Shown here one piece after another: positions 9,760 through 19,205 of a stretch of 64,000 bases of DNA. The first letter of the stretch is position 1. Every line of letters starts with the position of its first letter. The notes below the pieces were generated by a model that saw only the letters and a list, made by a program, of their open reading frames with translations, ran no database searches and was not told the DNA's origin. A program made the translations under genes and the position numbers. Origin of the DNA: Nitrospirota bacterium (lineage in GTDB: Bacteria; Nitrospirota; UBA9217); the NCBI GenBank assembly GCA_029858565.1, contig JAOUEV010000005.1:47739-111738 (forward strand), written 5' to 3'.

Positions 9760-9833
9760 TGGTTCGGGGACAGGGAGTCGAACCCCGATTCAAGGCTTCA
9801 AAGGCCTCTGTCCTACCATTAGACGATCCCCGA
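9760..9833 (-). tRNA. tRNA-Gln(UUG)
   Basis: Reverse complement TCGGGGATCGTCTAATGGTAGGACAGAGGCCTTTGAAGCCTTGAATCGGGGTTCGACTCCCTGTCCCCGAACCA forms a cloverleaf with TTG anticodon, TTCGA T-loop, U1-A72 pair and encoded CCA. Usual position between ispE and prs. Confidence 0.97.
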
Positions 9834-9909
9834 GCATGGGGTGAAACAGGAAAAGGATAGGCGCTGCGCCTATCCTCTCTGGATTGATACCGAATCGGCT
9901 GCGTACTGC

Positions 9910-10215
9910 TTATGGTGCGTCCGGAGGGATTTCCGTCTTCTCCGGCCGCTTGGTGGGATTGGCAAGCTCCCGCTCATATTCCGCCAGCACCCTGGTCTCG
10001 ATCATCTGGCGGGTTTCGCTATTCAGCGGATGGGCAATGTCCTTGAAGGTCCCATCCTTCATTTTTCTGCTGGGCATTGCCACGAACAGGCCCGTGTTCC
10101 CATGGATGACCCGGAGGTCCCTGATAAGAAAAACAGTATCCAGGGTGATGGTGGCATAGGCCTTTAATCGCTCTTCGTTGACGACAGGAAACACCCGGAC
10201 TTCCGTGATCTCCAT
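9910..10215 (-). CDS. spoVG: SpoVG family nucleic-acid-binding regulator
   Basis: MEITEVRV...LKAYATITLD..F.I.DLRVI.G..GLFVAMPSRK..DG.FKDIAHPLN. Confidence 0.96.
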   Translation of the reverse strand: MEITEVRVFPVVNEERLKAYATITLDTVFLIRDLRVIHGNTGLFVAMPSRKMKDGTFKDIAHPLNSETRQMIETRVLAEYERELANPTKRPEKTEIPPDAP

Positions 10216-10275
10216 ACGCGCCCCCCTACCGTATGAACACCCAGTTCCTGTTGCTGGACAACGCTGCGTTCCCCG

Positions 10276-11151
10276 TTACGGCGTGGACCGGAGATATTCC
10301 CCATACAGAGGCTCGGTCACGACCGGCGCCGGGAAGACCTTCCATCCCCGGGACCCGATCCGTTCCGCGGCCGTTCTGCATGCTGCCTCAGTTTCAAAGA
10401 TCCCGAATACCGTCGGTCCGCTGCCGCTCATCCGCGCTCCAAGCGCTCCGGCATCCCGGAGTGCCTGTTCCATCTCTCCGATGACCGGATGGGCCGGCGC
10501 CGTGACCGTTTCCAGGTCATTGTGAAGCGACTGGGCCAGCTGACCGACTTTGAGCCTTGCAATTTTATTACAGTCGACCTTCTTTGTCAACCGTAAATTT
10601 AGGTTCTTATAGACCCAGGCGGTCGAGGTCTCGAACCCCGGGTTCACCAGAAGTACCCAGAACAGGGGAGGCGGCGGCAGGGTTTCCAGCACCTCTCCCC
10701 GTCCCCGGGCAATCGCCGTCGGGCCATGGAGAAAGAAGGGCACGTCCATGCCCAGGCCTGTGCCGATCTCCGCCAGCTGCGCCCGGGACAGGAGCCCTCC
10801 TGTCAAGACATTGCATGCCACGAGCACAGCTGCGGCATCACTGCTGCCGCCCCCCAGTCCCGCGGCAACGGGAATATTCTTGTTGATCGTGATGGAGAGC
10901 CCCATCCCGGGACGGGACCGGTCCAGCACTGCCCGGGCCGCGCGGTACGCGATGTTCCCCTCGCCGACCGGAACACCTGCGGCATCGCAGGTAACACTGA
11001 TGCCGCCCTGTGCTTCCCGGACCGAAACACGGTCGTACAGGCCCACGGCCTGCATCAGCATTTCCACATCATGATAGCCGTCAGACCGCTTACCAAGGAC
11101 AGAGAGGCAGAGATTGACCTTCGCCGGAGCGAACAACACCAGTTCCTTCAC
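10276..11151 (-). CDS. ispE: 4-diphosphocytidyl-2-C-methyl-D-erythritol kinase
   Basis: APAKVNL.L.VLGKR.DGYH, KNIPVAAGLGGGSSDAA, DVPFF, NDLE, MSGSGPTVF. Confidence 0.97.
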   Translation of the reverse strand: MKELVLFAPAKVNLCLSVLGKRSDGYHDVEMLMQAVGLYDRVSVREAQGGISVTCDAAGVPVGEGNIAYRAARAVLDRSRPGMGLSITINKNIPVAAGLGGGSSDAAAVLVACNVLTGGLLSRAQLAEIGTGLGMDVPFFLHGPTAIARGRGEVLETLPPPPLFWVLLVNPGFETSTAWVYKNLNLRLTKKVDCNKIARLKVGQLAQSLHNDLETVTAPAHPVIGEMEQALRDAGALGARMSGSGPTVFGIFETEAACRTAAERIGSRGWKVFPAPVVTEPLYGEYLRSTP

Positions 11152-11906
11152 TGCATATCCCCCTGAAAGATCGTCTCCTCCACCGGGCCATTGATCTCTA
11201 CTTCCTCGTAAAGGACCGTAAGCCGCAGCGCCCGGTCGGGATTCTCGAGCACCACTGTCATCGGAAAGGAGTATCCCGAAATGGAGCGTCGCCCCTCGAA
11301 CCGCCCCCGATAGACCAGCCTGTCCCCGTCGTACCGTTCCTCGCTGTCGGCAAGGCCCCTGTCCGCCGGTTCTCCGGACGGCCGGAACACATGAACCCTC
11401 CGAACGGCCCCGCCTTCGGAGAACTGGACCATGCAGCGGCCTGCTGTTTCACAGGCTGCCCTGACCGGGACCTCGGTCTGCGGAGCGATCACGTTCCCGC
11501 CAAGAGCGGCGCAGAGCTCTCCGGGAGACAGCGACACTCCCAGCGCGCGCTCCAGCCCGGCCTGACCCACGGAAATGAACTCCTCTTCGCCCGGCGGCCG
11601 GAGCAGTACCGTTCTCCCGTCCGAGAGCAGCGCGAACAGGGATTCTCCAAGAGGGCCGAACCCGTCGACCCGGAGCTTTCCGCTGCTGTTCATCACGATG
11701 GCAACGCTCTCATAGGACCGGCGCCTGCCCTTGCGTTCGGTCTCGACCCGCGCGACCGCTTTCACGGTCACGAGCTTATGCCGCTGCGCGTCCAGCGCCT
11801 GCACCAGCGGGCCGGGAGACACCTCCTGCCCGGGAAGGTCCGGCAATCGGTGGTGGCATGCGGCAGGCAGGGTAAGGAGCAGGAGGGCGAGAAAGCGGAT
11901 CTTCAC
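11148..11906 (-). CDS. LolB-like / DUF4292-like lipoprotein
   Basis: Lipobox LPAAC and LRVDGFGPLG motif. It occupies the lolB position (TPR-lolB-ispE). Confidence 0.65.
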   Translation of the reverse strand: MKIRFLALLLLTLPAACHHRLPDLPGQEVSPGPLVQALDAQRHKLVTVKAVARVETERKGRRRSYESVAIVMNSSGKLRVDGFGPLGESLFALLSDGRTVLLRPPGEEEFISVGQAGLERALGVSLSPGELCAALGGNVIAPQTEVPVRAACETAGRCMVQFSEGGAVRRVHVFRPSGEPADRGLADSEERYDGDRLVYRGRFEGRRSISGYSFPMTVVLENPDRALRLTVLYEEVEINGPVEETIFQGDMQ

Positions 11907-13675
11907 GGTTTGGCTTTCTGAGGGTTCTTTTTTGGCTTCTTCGCCGGCTGGTCAGGGCTGACGATCTTATCGGGATCGCCGAAGCCCGCTGCGCGGAACT
12001 TGTCGCGGAGCTTGGGATTCCTGGGCTCGGTCTCGAGCGACCGGATCCATTGCTTCTGCGCCTGGGTCTTTTTTCCGCGCTTCAGCAGTATATCGCCGTA
12101 ATGCTCCAGCATCACCGGGTCTTCAGCCTTGGACTTTTCCATTGCCCTGGTCATGACCTCAAGGGCCTCGGCATACATGCCCTTCTGGTAATAGACCCAG
12201 GCGAGACTGTCCAGTATATAGCCGCTATCCTGCTTGATCAGCAGCGCACGCTTGATCAGCGACAAGGCCTCATCAAGGTTCTCGCCAGCCTCTGCGTAGG
12301 TATACCCCAGATAGTTCAGAGCGTCGGCATGGTCCGGCTTTATCTCCAGTGTCTTGCGGAGCGCGGCCCGCATATCGTCTTTCTTTCCCTGCTTTTCATA
12401 GGTGATGGCCAGGGAGAAGTACAGGTCATCGCGGTCCGGGGCCATGGTGATCCCCCTGAGCAGGACCGCGGACGCTTCGGCGTATTGTTCAAGGTCCATA
12501 TAGGCATCGGCAAGGTAAAGATAGAGCTCCGGCTTGCCGGGCTGTTCCTTCACCGCTTTGTCGAGGAGCGGAATAGCGTCCTGGACACGGTTCTGGCGGG
12601 CCAGGATGTATGCCGTCTGCAGGATCGCATCGGTGTCTCCTGCGTCAAGTTTGAGGATGTCGCTGTAAACGGCCCGCGCTTCGTCATAGCGGTCCTGGGC
12701 AATGAGGACCGACCCCAGATAGTGGCGGACCTTGATGTTGTCCGGGAGAGCATCGACCGCAACCTGGAAGGCGGCCGCGGCCTCGGCATAGCGTTTTTTC
12801 TCGACGTAGATGAGACCCATCTTCACATAGGCGTCATAGTTCTTGTCGTCATCCGTCACGATCCGCCGGAACTGGTCAAGCGCCTGGTCAAGCTCGTTCT
12901 CCTGGATCAGAAGCTGCGCCATGCGCTGCCGCAGTTCGGTATTGTGCGGATTCAGGGTCAACGCTTTCCGGTAGGACGCAATGGCATCGGCGGTACGGCC
13001 GGTCATTTCATAGACAATGCCCATGCCCGTGTGCGCCGGTTCGAACTCATCACGTATGGATATGGCGCGCTTGAACTCGGCAAGCGCCTCGGGAAACATC
13101 TTCCGCTCGGTGTAGATCCTGCCGATGTAGTACGGGGACATCAAAGAGGCCGGGGTCTTCTTTTCCAGGGACCGGAACGTCTCGATAGCGTCATCATATC
13201 GTTTCAGGCTCGCCAAAAGGGACCCCAGGTACAGAGCTCCCTCCTCATTGCCCGGATCGATGGCCAGGACGCGGCGATAGAGCTCCACCGCTTCGTCATA
13301 CTGCCGTTTCCCCGAGCTGATGCCGGCGAGCATCAGCAGCGTCTCGGTCCGGTCCGGCGACAGTTCGATCGCCTTGCGCGCGTACCGGGCCGCGTCGTCC
13401 GTCCTTCCCCTGCGAAGCGACAGCGCGGCGAGCGAATGGGCGATATCAGCGGACCGGGGATCGAGCTGCGACGCCTTTGCATATTCGGCCATGGCATCGT
13501 CGAGCTCGCCCTGCTCCTCGAGCAAGGTTCCGTTCATGAAGTGCAGATAAGCGTCGGACTGGCGTGTTTCGGACTCATCCAGGCGGCCCTGCAGCACCTC
13601 GGGAACACGGGGAGCGGTCGCGCCGCAGGACGCAGCAAGTAGCGCGACCAGGCATATGATAGGAAATGCTTTCAT
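11903..13675 (-). CDS. Tetratricopeptide-repeat lipoprotein
   Basis: Lipobox LAASC, many TPR units, ALNYLGYTYA...GYILDSLAWVYY...EHYGD C-terminus. Confidence 0.92.
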   Translation of the reverse strand: MKAFPIICLVALLAASCGATAPRVPEVLQGRLDESETRQSDAYLHFMNGTLLEEQGELDDAMAEYAKASQLDPRSADIAHSLAALSLRRGRTDDAARYARKAIELSPDRTETLLMLAGISSGKRQYDEAVELYRRVLAIDPGNEEGALYLGSLLASLKRYDDAIETFRSLEKKTPASLMSPYYIGRIYTERKMFPEALAEFKRAISIRDEFEPAHTGMGIVYEMTGRTADAIASYRKALTLNPHNTELRQRMAQLLIQENELDQALDQFRRIVTDDDKNYDAYVKMGLIYVEKKRYAEAAAAFQVAVDALPDNIKVRHYLGSVLIAQDRYDEARAVYSDILKLDAGDTDAILQTAYILARQNRVQDAIPLLDKAVKEQPGKPELYLYLADAYMDLEQYAEASAVLLRGITMAPDRDDLYFSLAITYEKQGKKDDMRAALRKTLEIKPDHADALNYLGYTYAEAGENLDEALSLIKRALLIKQDSGYILDSLAWVYYQKGMYAEALEVMTRAMEKSKAEDPVMLEHYGDILLKRGKKTQAQKQWIRSLETEPRNPKLRDKFRAAGFGDPDKIVSPDQPAKKPKKNPQKAKP

Positions 13676-13681
13676 GGTATC

Positions 13682-13710
13682 AGTCTAAGTGACGGTATGT
13701 CCCCTGTCAA
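13682..13710 (-). promoter_or_regulatory. Sigma70 promoter of the TPR-lolB-like-ispE operon
   Basis: TTGACA-17 nt-TAGACT on the minus strand, 6 nt before the ATG at 13675. Confidence 0.7.
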
Positions 13711-13762
13711 GACAAAGAGATGATGATCTTGCGGCGGCCTGGCAGTTCGGGCGTGAAGCGGA

Positions 13763-14533
13763 TCACCGGGACCGCAGGAGTTCCCGCAGCCGTCCGAGAC
13801 CCGGCTCGATATCCTCGGCATCGTGGGCTTCCAGCGTGTACACCGGACGCAGGGCATGCTCCCGCAGCAGCCCGAAGAACTTGGCGAAATCCACCGTGCC
13901 GGTCCCCGGGACCAGGTGGGAGTCGGCTGACCCGGCATTGTCGTGCAGGTGGGTCTCGATGATATGTTTTCCCAGGCGCTGGAACCACTGCTCCATGGGT
14001 ACGGATGAGAAAATGTTGAAATGGCCGGTGTCAAAACAGAACCCGAAATCGCGGTGCCCGATCTTCTCGATCAGGAGCGCCAGCGCCTCGGGGTCCTCGT
14101 CGAACACGTTCTCCACGGCCAGACGCGTCCCGGCCTTCACCGCCGCTTCGACCACCCGCGGCCAGACCTCCATGCTGTTCTCGAGCCAGATGTCTGTCCG
14201 GCCCGCATAGCGCCACCGGTCATAGGCCGCGTGAAATACGATAACGCGCGGCCGCAGGACCGACGCCACGCCCAGGACCTGCTTGAACCGCATCTGGGTC
14301 GCCGAGCGCACCATGCGGTCCACGGCCCCGGGATTCAGGTCCATGAAGGGAGCATGGATCGTGATCGACGGTCCCCAATCCAGGGCGTCGGCGATCAAGG
14401 CCAGGTCCCCGTGCTCCAGCTGGTCGAGCACCGACGAGGGAAAGTAGATCTCAAGATCGTACTTCCGCTTCCGGAGCAGTTCCCGGTAGTCCTTCAGCTT
14501 GGGAAAAGGGATATGGACGTGGATGGGGTCCAT
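13763..14533 (-). CDS. Sugar phosphate isomerase/epimerase (AP endonuclease 2 / xylose isomerase-like TIM barrel)
   Basis: HAPFMDLNPG, LAVENV, CFDTGH, HLHDN.G..DSHL.PG.G. Confidence 0.9.
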   Translation of the reverse strand: MDPIHVHIPFPKLKDYRELLRKRKYDLEIYFPSSVLDQLEHGDLALIADALDWGPSITIHAPFMDLNPGAVDRMVRSATQMRFKQVLGVASVLRPRVIVFHAAYDRWRYAGRTDIWLENSMEVWPRVVEAAVKAGTRLAVENVFDEDPEALALLIEKIGHRDFGFCFDTGHFNIFSSVPMEQWFQRLGKHIIETHLHDNAGSADSHLVPGTGTVDFAKFFGLLREHALRPVYTLEAHDAEDIEPGLGRLRELLRSR

Positions 14534-14539
14534 GAGACC

Positions 14540-14824
14540 TCAGCTCTTGGATGGACAGGACCCGCCTGCGCAGCCCCCGCATGCCGCGGGTTTTGCCTCC
14601 GCTGCCGGCGCGGGAGCGGTCTCGGAGGACTTTTTCTTGTCCGCAGAAGCGTAGTCAGTTGCATACCATCCGCTTCCCTTCAGAACAAAGGACGTGGGAG
14701 AAAGCACCTTGCGGACCGCTGAAGCATGACAGATCTGGCAGACAGTCGCCAGAGGATCGCTGAACTTCTGCATGACCTCGAACCTGCCTTTACAGGAGTC
14801 GCATTCGTATTCGTAAACCGGCAT
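14540..14824 (-). CDS. FmdB family zinc-ribbon protein
   Basis: MPVYEYECDSC...CQIC...FVLKGSGWYATDY, with a C-terminal CGGC...C tail. Confidence 0.9.
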   Translation of the reverse strand: MPVYEYECDSCKGRFEVMQKFSDPLATVCQICHASAVRKVLSPTSFVLKGSGWYATDYASADKKKSSETAPAPAAEAKPAACGGCAGGSCPSKS

Positions 14825-15063
14825 ACCATTCACCTTCCTTCAAAACGATTGTTGCAGGGAAGGTTAATTATAAACAATGCATTGGTTAAAGACAACATTT
14901 TTTCAGTCGCTTTTATTGATGAACAGGGCTCTTCCTAGCGATGAACCCAGGCTTGGCCGCTCTTTGTCCCAACATATTAACGCATAATTTGTGTTTACCA
15001 AGACTAATTTGCTGTTTTCTCAGGGTATTTTTCGGGTATTTTTAAAAAAAGGGGAATAGTCAC

Positions 15064-15091
15064 TTGACAACCTGGGATTTATTGCTACAAT
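15064..15091 (+). promoter_or_regulatory. Strong sigma70 promoter of the surface lipoprotein gene
   Basis: TTGACA-16 nt-TACAAT with extended -10 TG and an A/T-rich upstream tract; implies a ~210-nt 5' UTR. Confidence 0.7.
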
Positions 15092-15309
15092 TGACGCTGT
15101 CACGGGAAAAACCGCTGATTTGCTGCGTTCGATCGAGCTCTTTCAGTGGACGTTGATGATTTCCCTTCGCTCTTACTGTTACCTGAAAATTCACTCTATT
15201 GCAAGGAAAGGAGGGGCAGCTTCATTTCTGATTCTTTAGTTGTATCGGCATAAACAGGTTACTATCGCATCAATTCATGGCGTTACTATTTCAACAAGGA
15301 GGAAAGACG

Positions 15310-16944
15310 ATGAAAAAGTTTTTGTATGTTACACTGGTTTTGTCTTTGATGACGTTCGGGCTCTTCGGCTGTTCTAATATGCCGACCAATTTTGCGGTAA
15401 TTGAAGGAAAAGCAGCCAACCCGGGCGTGCTCTACGGCAAGGTGGTCGACTACTCGACCCGCGCCGGAGTTGCGAATGCCACGGTGTACCTGAAAGTTTC
15501 CGGCGAGTGGCGCCAGGTGAACACCAAGACGGCCACGACAACGGGCGCTGAAAATGTCGCCGGCGATTTCACCATCAACAATCTTCCGCTTGCGTCCTGC
15601 ATGCAGATGGTCATCAAGACCCCCCAGGGCGCTTCCTATGTGACGTACAAGGACGACTGCGTCTGGATCGACCAGCAGGGCAACTACGAAAACCAGTCGA
15701 ACTGGGAAGTGGCCTATGATTACGGCAATGTCGAAATGGTGACCGGCGTGAACTTCAGCGTTTATGTCGTCAACACTGACACGGGCAACTACGTGACCAA
15801 GTCCGACGGCAGCGCGCTCGCGATCTACAACGGCTGGTGGACCGATACCCTGGCCGACGAAATGGCAACCCGGGACACCACTGACACGAACAAGTACACG
15901 ATAATCGTTCCTCAGACGTTTGCCAACTTCCAACTTTGCACACCCGCGGTTGACACTACCGGTGATGGGATATTTGATGTGACCAGCGGCTGCGCTTTGG
16001 TTGCGAATTATAACTCATCAATGCTCACCAATGAAGGAACGCTGAACACGAACATCCTCGTATCGAACATCAACACGTACACAGCGGTTGCCAAGGTTGC
16101 CGACAACATGGCGCCGAAGGGCGCAAATGCCGGCGGAACCACTCTTGATGTGCTCGCCAAGACCGACAACATGAAGATCTTCTTCAACCAGCCTGTTGAG
16201 ATCGCCTCGGGCGGCAACAGCCTGCGGCTGAACTACACAGACAACCTGAAGACCCTGACCGCCAATGCAGTGGTGACCGAGCTCACTGCCACGATCGCGC
16301 TCAGCTCGAGCAACACCCTGATGACCATCACGCCCTCGGCGGCGTTCATCGAGAACGAAACGTACACCTATGATGCGGACAGCGTCTCACTCCGCGCCCA
16401 ATCGGCGACAAACGGCAACCAGGACACGGTGTACTCGCTTGCCAACCTTATGGGCACCAACGGTTCGTTCTACATTTATGCAACCGGCAACGGCACGATG
16501 GGCTCCACGCCTGCCCTCTCGGTTGACAATGCCAACTTCTGCAACAATAATACGGCGATCACCACTGGCGACCCCGTAGTCTGCGCTGCCGCAGCCCCGA
16601 TGCTGGTCTTCCCGGAGAACGTCTGGGGTACGGTCAGCCTGATCAGCAGGCAGTCCGGCACGACCACGGTCACCTACGTGAACAACGCACCGGCGGCCAT
16701 CACCGGCCAGGGCGCTATTTCCTACCTCGTAACACAGGCATCTACGTCCACGGCCTTCACCGGCAACACCTACGGTTACAAAGCAACCGGATCCGCGTTC
16801 CTGTTCAACCTGAACACCGCTCTCGGCACCGGAGCCATTGCTGACAACACGACCGCGGCTCCCCAGACACTGAATCTCGAAATCAATGCCTATGACGCGG
16901 AAGGCAATGTTTACCACCAGGTAGGCAGTTTCGCAGTTCAGTAA
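15310..16944 (+). CDS. Large Thr/Asn-rich beta-sandwich surface lipoprotein (Ig-like domains; S-layer/adhesin candidate)
   Basis: RBS AAGGAGG; MKK signal peptide with lipobox LFGC; G.VVD..T...VANATV (carboxypeptidase-regulatory-like) and IFFNQPV...TLMTITP (Big_5-like) segments. Confidence 0.8.
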   Translation: MKKFLYVTLVLSLMTFGLFGCSNMPTNFAVIEGKAANPGVLYGKVVDYSTRAGVANATVYLKVSGEWRQVNTKTATTTGAENVAGDFTINNLPLASCMQMVIKTPQGASYVTYKDDCVWIDQQGNYENQSNWEVAYDYGNVEMVTGVNFSVYVVNTDTGNYVTKSDGSALAIYNGWWTDTLADEMATRDTTDTNKYTIIVPQTFANFQLCTPAVDTTGDGIFDVTSGCALVANYNSSMLTNEGTLNTNILVSNINTYTAVAKVADNMAPKGANAGGTTLDVLAKTDNMKIFFNQPVEIASGGNSLRLNYTDNLKTLTANAVVTELTATIALSSSNTLMTITPSAAFIENETYTYDADSVSLRAQSATNGNQDTVYSLANLMGTNGSFYIYATGNGTMGSTPALSVDNANFCNNNTAITTGDPVVCAAAAPMLVFPENVWGTVSLISRQSGTTTVTYVNNAPAAITGQGAISYLVTQASTSTAFTGNTYGYKATGSAFLFNLNTALGTGAIADNTTAAPQTLNLEINAYDAEGNVYHQVGSFAVQ

Positions 16945-16975
16945 AATCGCATAGTGATGCGCAGGATCGCACCTC

Positions 16976-17006
16976 AGCCCCGTGGGTTTCCCACGGGGCT
17001 TTTTTT
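16976..17006 (+). terminator. Intrinsic terminator
   Basis: AGCCCCGTGGG-TTT-CCCACGGGGCT followed by T6. Confidence 0.9.
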
Positions 17007-17039
17007 GACAACAAACTCTTGCGGCCGCTTTCGGGCGGT

Positions 17040-17068
17040 TTGCCTTTTATCGAAAAAAACCGTATAGT
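17040..17068 (+). promoter_or_regulatory. Sigma70 promoter of the propeller/barrel pair
   Basis: TTGCCT-17 nt-TATAGT. Confidence 0.5.
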
Positions 17069-17149
17069 TACCATGCGCAATTTCCCGGATCATCAACCAT
17101 TCCGCGGCTGCTGTATATACTCACTTTTGTCCGGAGGCCAGAACTGATC

Positions 17150-18340
17150 ATGAATCGCACACTCCTTTCCCTGCTGACACCTCTGCTTCTGTTTTTTGCG
17201 CTGATCCTTTTCGCCCTGCAAGTCCTGTTGCCGCAGGCATCGGCCGAAAACACCGCCCCTGAACTGACCTGGGCATGGCGGAAGAACTTCAAGAATGCGG
17301 AGCTTCATAATCTCGCCGCCGCCTGGAACGGCTCCCTCTTCGCAGTTGCGGTCACCGACAGATCGCCGGCCAAGAATAAAGGCGAGGTGATCATCGGCGT
17401 TGACGCCGACTCCAAGGTGATCAAGGACTGGAAGATCGGAAAAAAGGTCCGGAACCTCGCTCTGGACGGCGGCGGCACCCTGCTGTTCGCGGAACTGGAG
17501 GACGGAACCTTTCACATCTACGACCATTGGAAAACGAAAACCCAGCCCATGACGCTCCCCGTCAAGGTCCGGGAAGCGATCGTCTCTCCGAAGTCCGGCC
17601 TGATCGTCGCATCAGTGGTGAATAACGACGGGACCTCTTCCCTCCGGGCTTTTTCAGGAAAAGCAAAGCAGCTCTGGAAGTATGAGAGCGTTCCGGCTGA
17701 CGGATGGATGGGAATGTTCCCCTTCGCGGAAAAGGACAAGACCGTCCTCCTTGCCTCGAAAACCGGCAAGATAACGCTTTTCGAAGATGCGAAACCGCTC
17801 TGGAGCATCGACACCGGCGGCGGGCTCAGTTCCCTTTCGTCGTCTTTTCTTCAGGGCTCGCTCATCGCCGCGGCCTCGGCAGGCGACAAGGGGTCAGTGC
17901 GGTTCTTTGACGACAAGGGAACGCAAACGGCGATGTCCGGCCTGCCGTCGGAACGCATCTCGCTCTCCTGTGCCGACGCGGGTGAAGCCTGCGCCGCCCT
18001 GACGATCAACAAGACGGACCGGGAACTGCGTTTTCTTTCCCCCCAGGGCAAGGAGCTTTGGAAGGCCCGCTTTCCAGCGGCGACCCTCGCGACCAGCGCT
18101 GTCGTGGCCGCTGACCACGCCAGAATCGTCATCACGGCAGTCGAACAGCAGGGCAAGGAATCACTGCGCGCATGGGACGCAAAGGGGAAGGTGCTCTGGA
18201 ATGCTCCCATCGAAGGCGGCATAAAGGAATGGAAGACCTCCTGGAACGGCAAAAAGATCATCGTCGTGACAAAGGACTCGCGCCTGGTCTTTTTCAACCT
18301 CGAACCGCGCAAAACCTCCGCACCGGGAGCCGGTAAATGA
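17150..18340 (+). CDS. Secreted PQQ/WD40-like beta-propeller protein
   Basis: Signal peptide ending ASA; repeated D/S..GK.LW blade motifs (KAKQLWK, QGKELWK, KGKVLWN). Confidence 0.75.
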   Translation: MNRTLLSLLTPLLLFFALILFALQVLLPQASAENTAPELTWAWRKNFKNAELHNLAAAWNGSLFAVAVTDRSPAKNKGEVIIGVDADSKVIKDWKIGKKVRNLALDGGGTLLFAELEDGTFHIYDHWKTKTQPMTLPVKVREAIVSPKSGLIVASVVNNDGTSSLRAFSGKAKQLWKYESVPADGWMGMFPFAEKDKTVLLASKTGKITLFEDAKPLWSIDTGGGLSSLSSSFLQGSLIAAASAGDKGSVRFFDDKGTQTAMSGLPSERISLSCADAGEACAALTINKTDRELRFLSPQGKELWKARFPAATLATSAVVAADHARIVITAVEQQGKESLRAWDAKGKVLWNAPIEGGIKEWKTSWNGKKIIVVTKDSRLVFFNLEPRKTSAPGAGK

Positions 18341-19112
18341 GCGGAAGAATGCTGTTCTCCGTCGCCGGCGCCGTCTTTCTTTTCACGTTCCTTTGCTGTC
18401 CGGTCACAGGCGCTTATGCCTCGGAAAACGGCCTCCTCTGTCCGTCCTGCTCACTGGAACCGACGCTCCATGCCGGCGTTGTGTTCGAATTTGCCGGCCA
18501 TGATCGGCAGTACCGGGGATTCGAGCTTGTTGGCCGCTATGCTCCCGCGCCCTGGATGCTGTCCGCCCGGTACCGGATCGACTCCTACCGGTTTGACTAC
18601 TTCGGCATGACCTGGGACACCTTTCAACAGGTCATACACAATCAGACGCTGACCGGGACCGCTCTGACGGCGTATGACGCAAAGGAGCGGAGAACGGAAT
18701 CCGATGTTGCCGCGGGATACAGCCTTGCCTCGGGCAGGATCACGCTCTCCGGGGGGGGGCGCTTGCTTGATCTGGACAATGATTTCTCAAGCATGACAGC
18801 GGTCGGCCCTTGTTCAGGTTCGAAGGCAATCAGCAGACCGCGATCGGGAAATTCGAATTGGGTGCGAATATCGCCTGGTTCACGCACACCTCCGTCAGGA
18901 ATATGCGCGGGTATTACGAATTTGTTCGTCCCGAGGGAGAACGCACCATTTCCTATCTCGGCGAACCCCGTTACGAGATCGGCTGGACGCTTCTTGCCAG
19001 CCCGTTCAGCGGATCCCTGAAACGGCTTTCCTTCGGCTACGACGGGTCCACGCTCGGCCTGAAGTACAATAACCGCTATTATCATGGCCTTGCCATCCGG
19101 GCGGTTTTCTAG
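18337..19112 (+). pseudogene. Putative outer-membrane beta-barrel protein split by a frameshift near 18783-18810
   Basis: Signal peptide and amphipathic strands up to ...DNDFSSMTAVGP in the frame starting at 18337. The sequence continues in the 18810-19112 frame as LFRFEG...YHGLAIRAVF with a terminal Phe (BAM signature). It could also be an assembly error. Confidence 0.6.
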
Positions 19113-19205
19113 ACCCTCCTCCGGGAGATCGCCTCCTCTCTCAGTTCCAACTTATATGATTCCCTTCCTTGCATTCTCCTCTTTCCCATGGTACCCTGCC
19201 TTCCC

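Noticed and set aside
15100-15160. c-di-GMP-I (GEMM) riboswitch in the lipoprotein leader (GGAAAAACCGCTGA...TCAGTGGACG)
   Set aside because: A 7-bp helix is possible, but the GNRA-capped stem and the following GCAAAG and second hairpin are missing.
18751-18759. G9 tract as the cause of the barrel frameshift
   Set aside because: Adding one G gives GCG CTT GCT TGA, an immediate stop, so the shift must be downstream of 18782.
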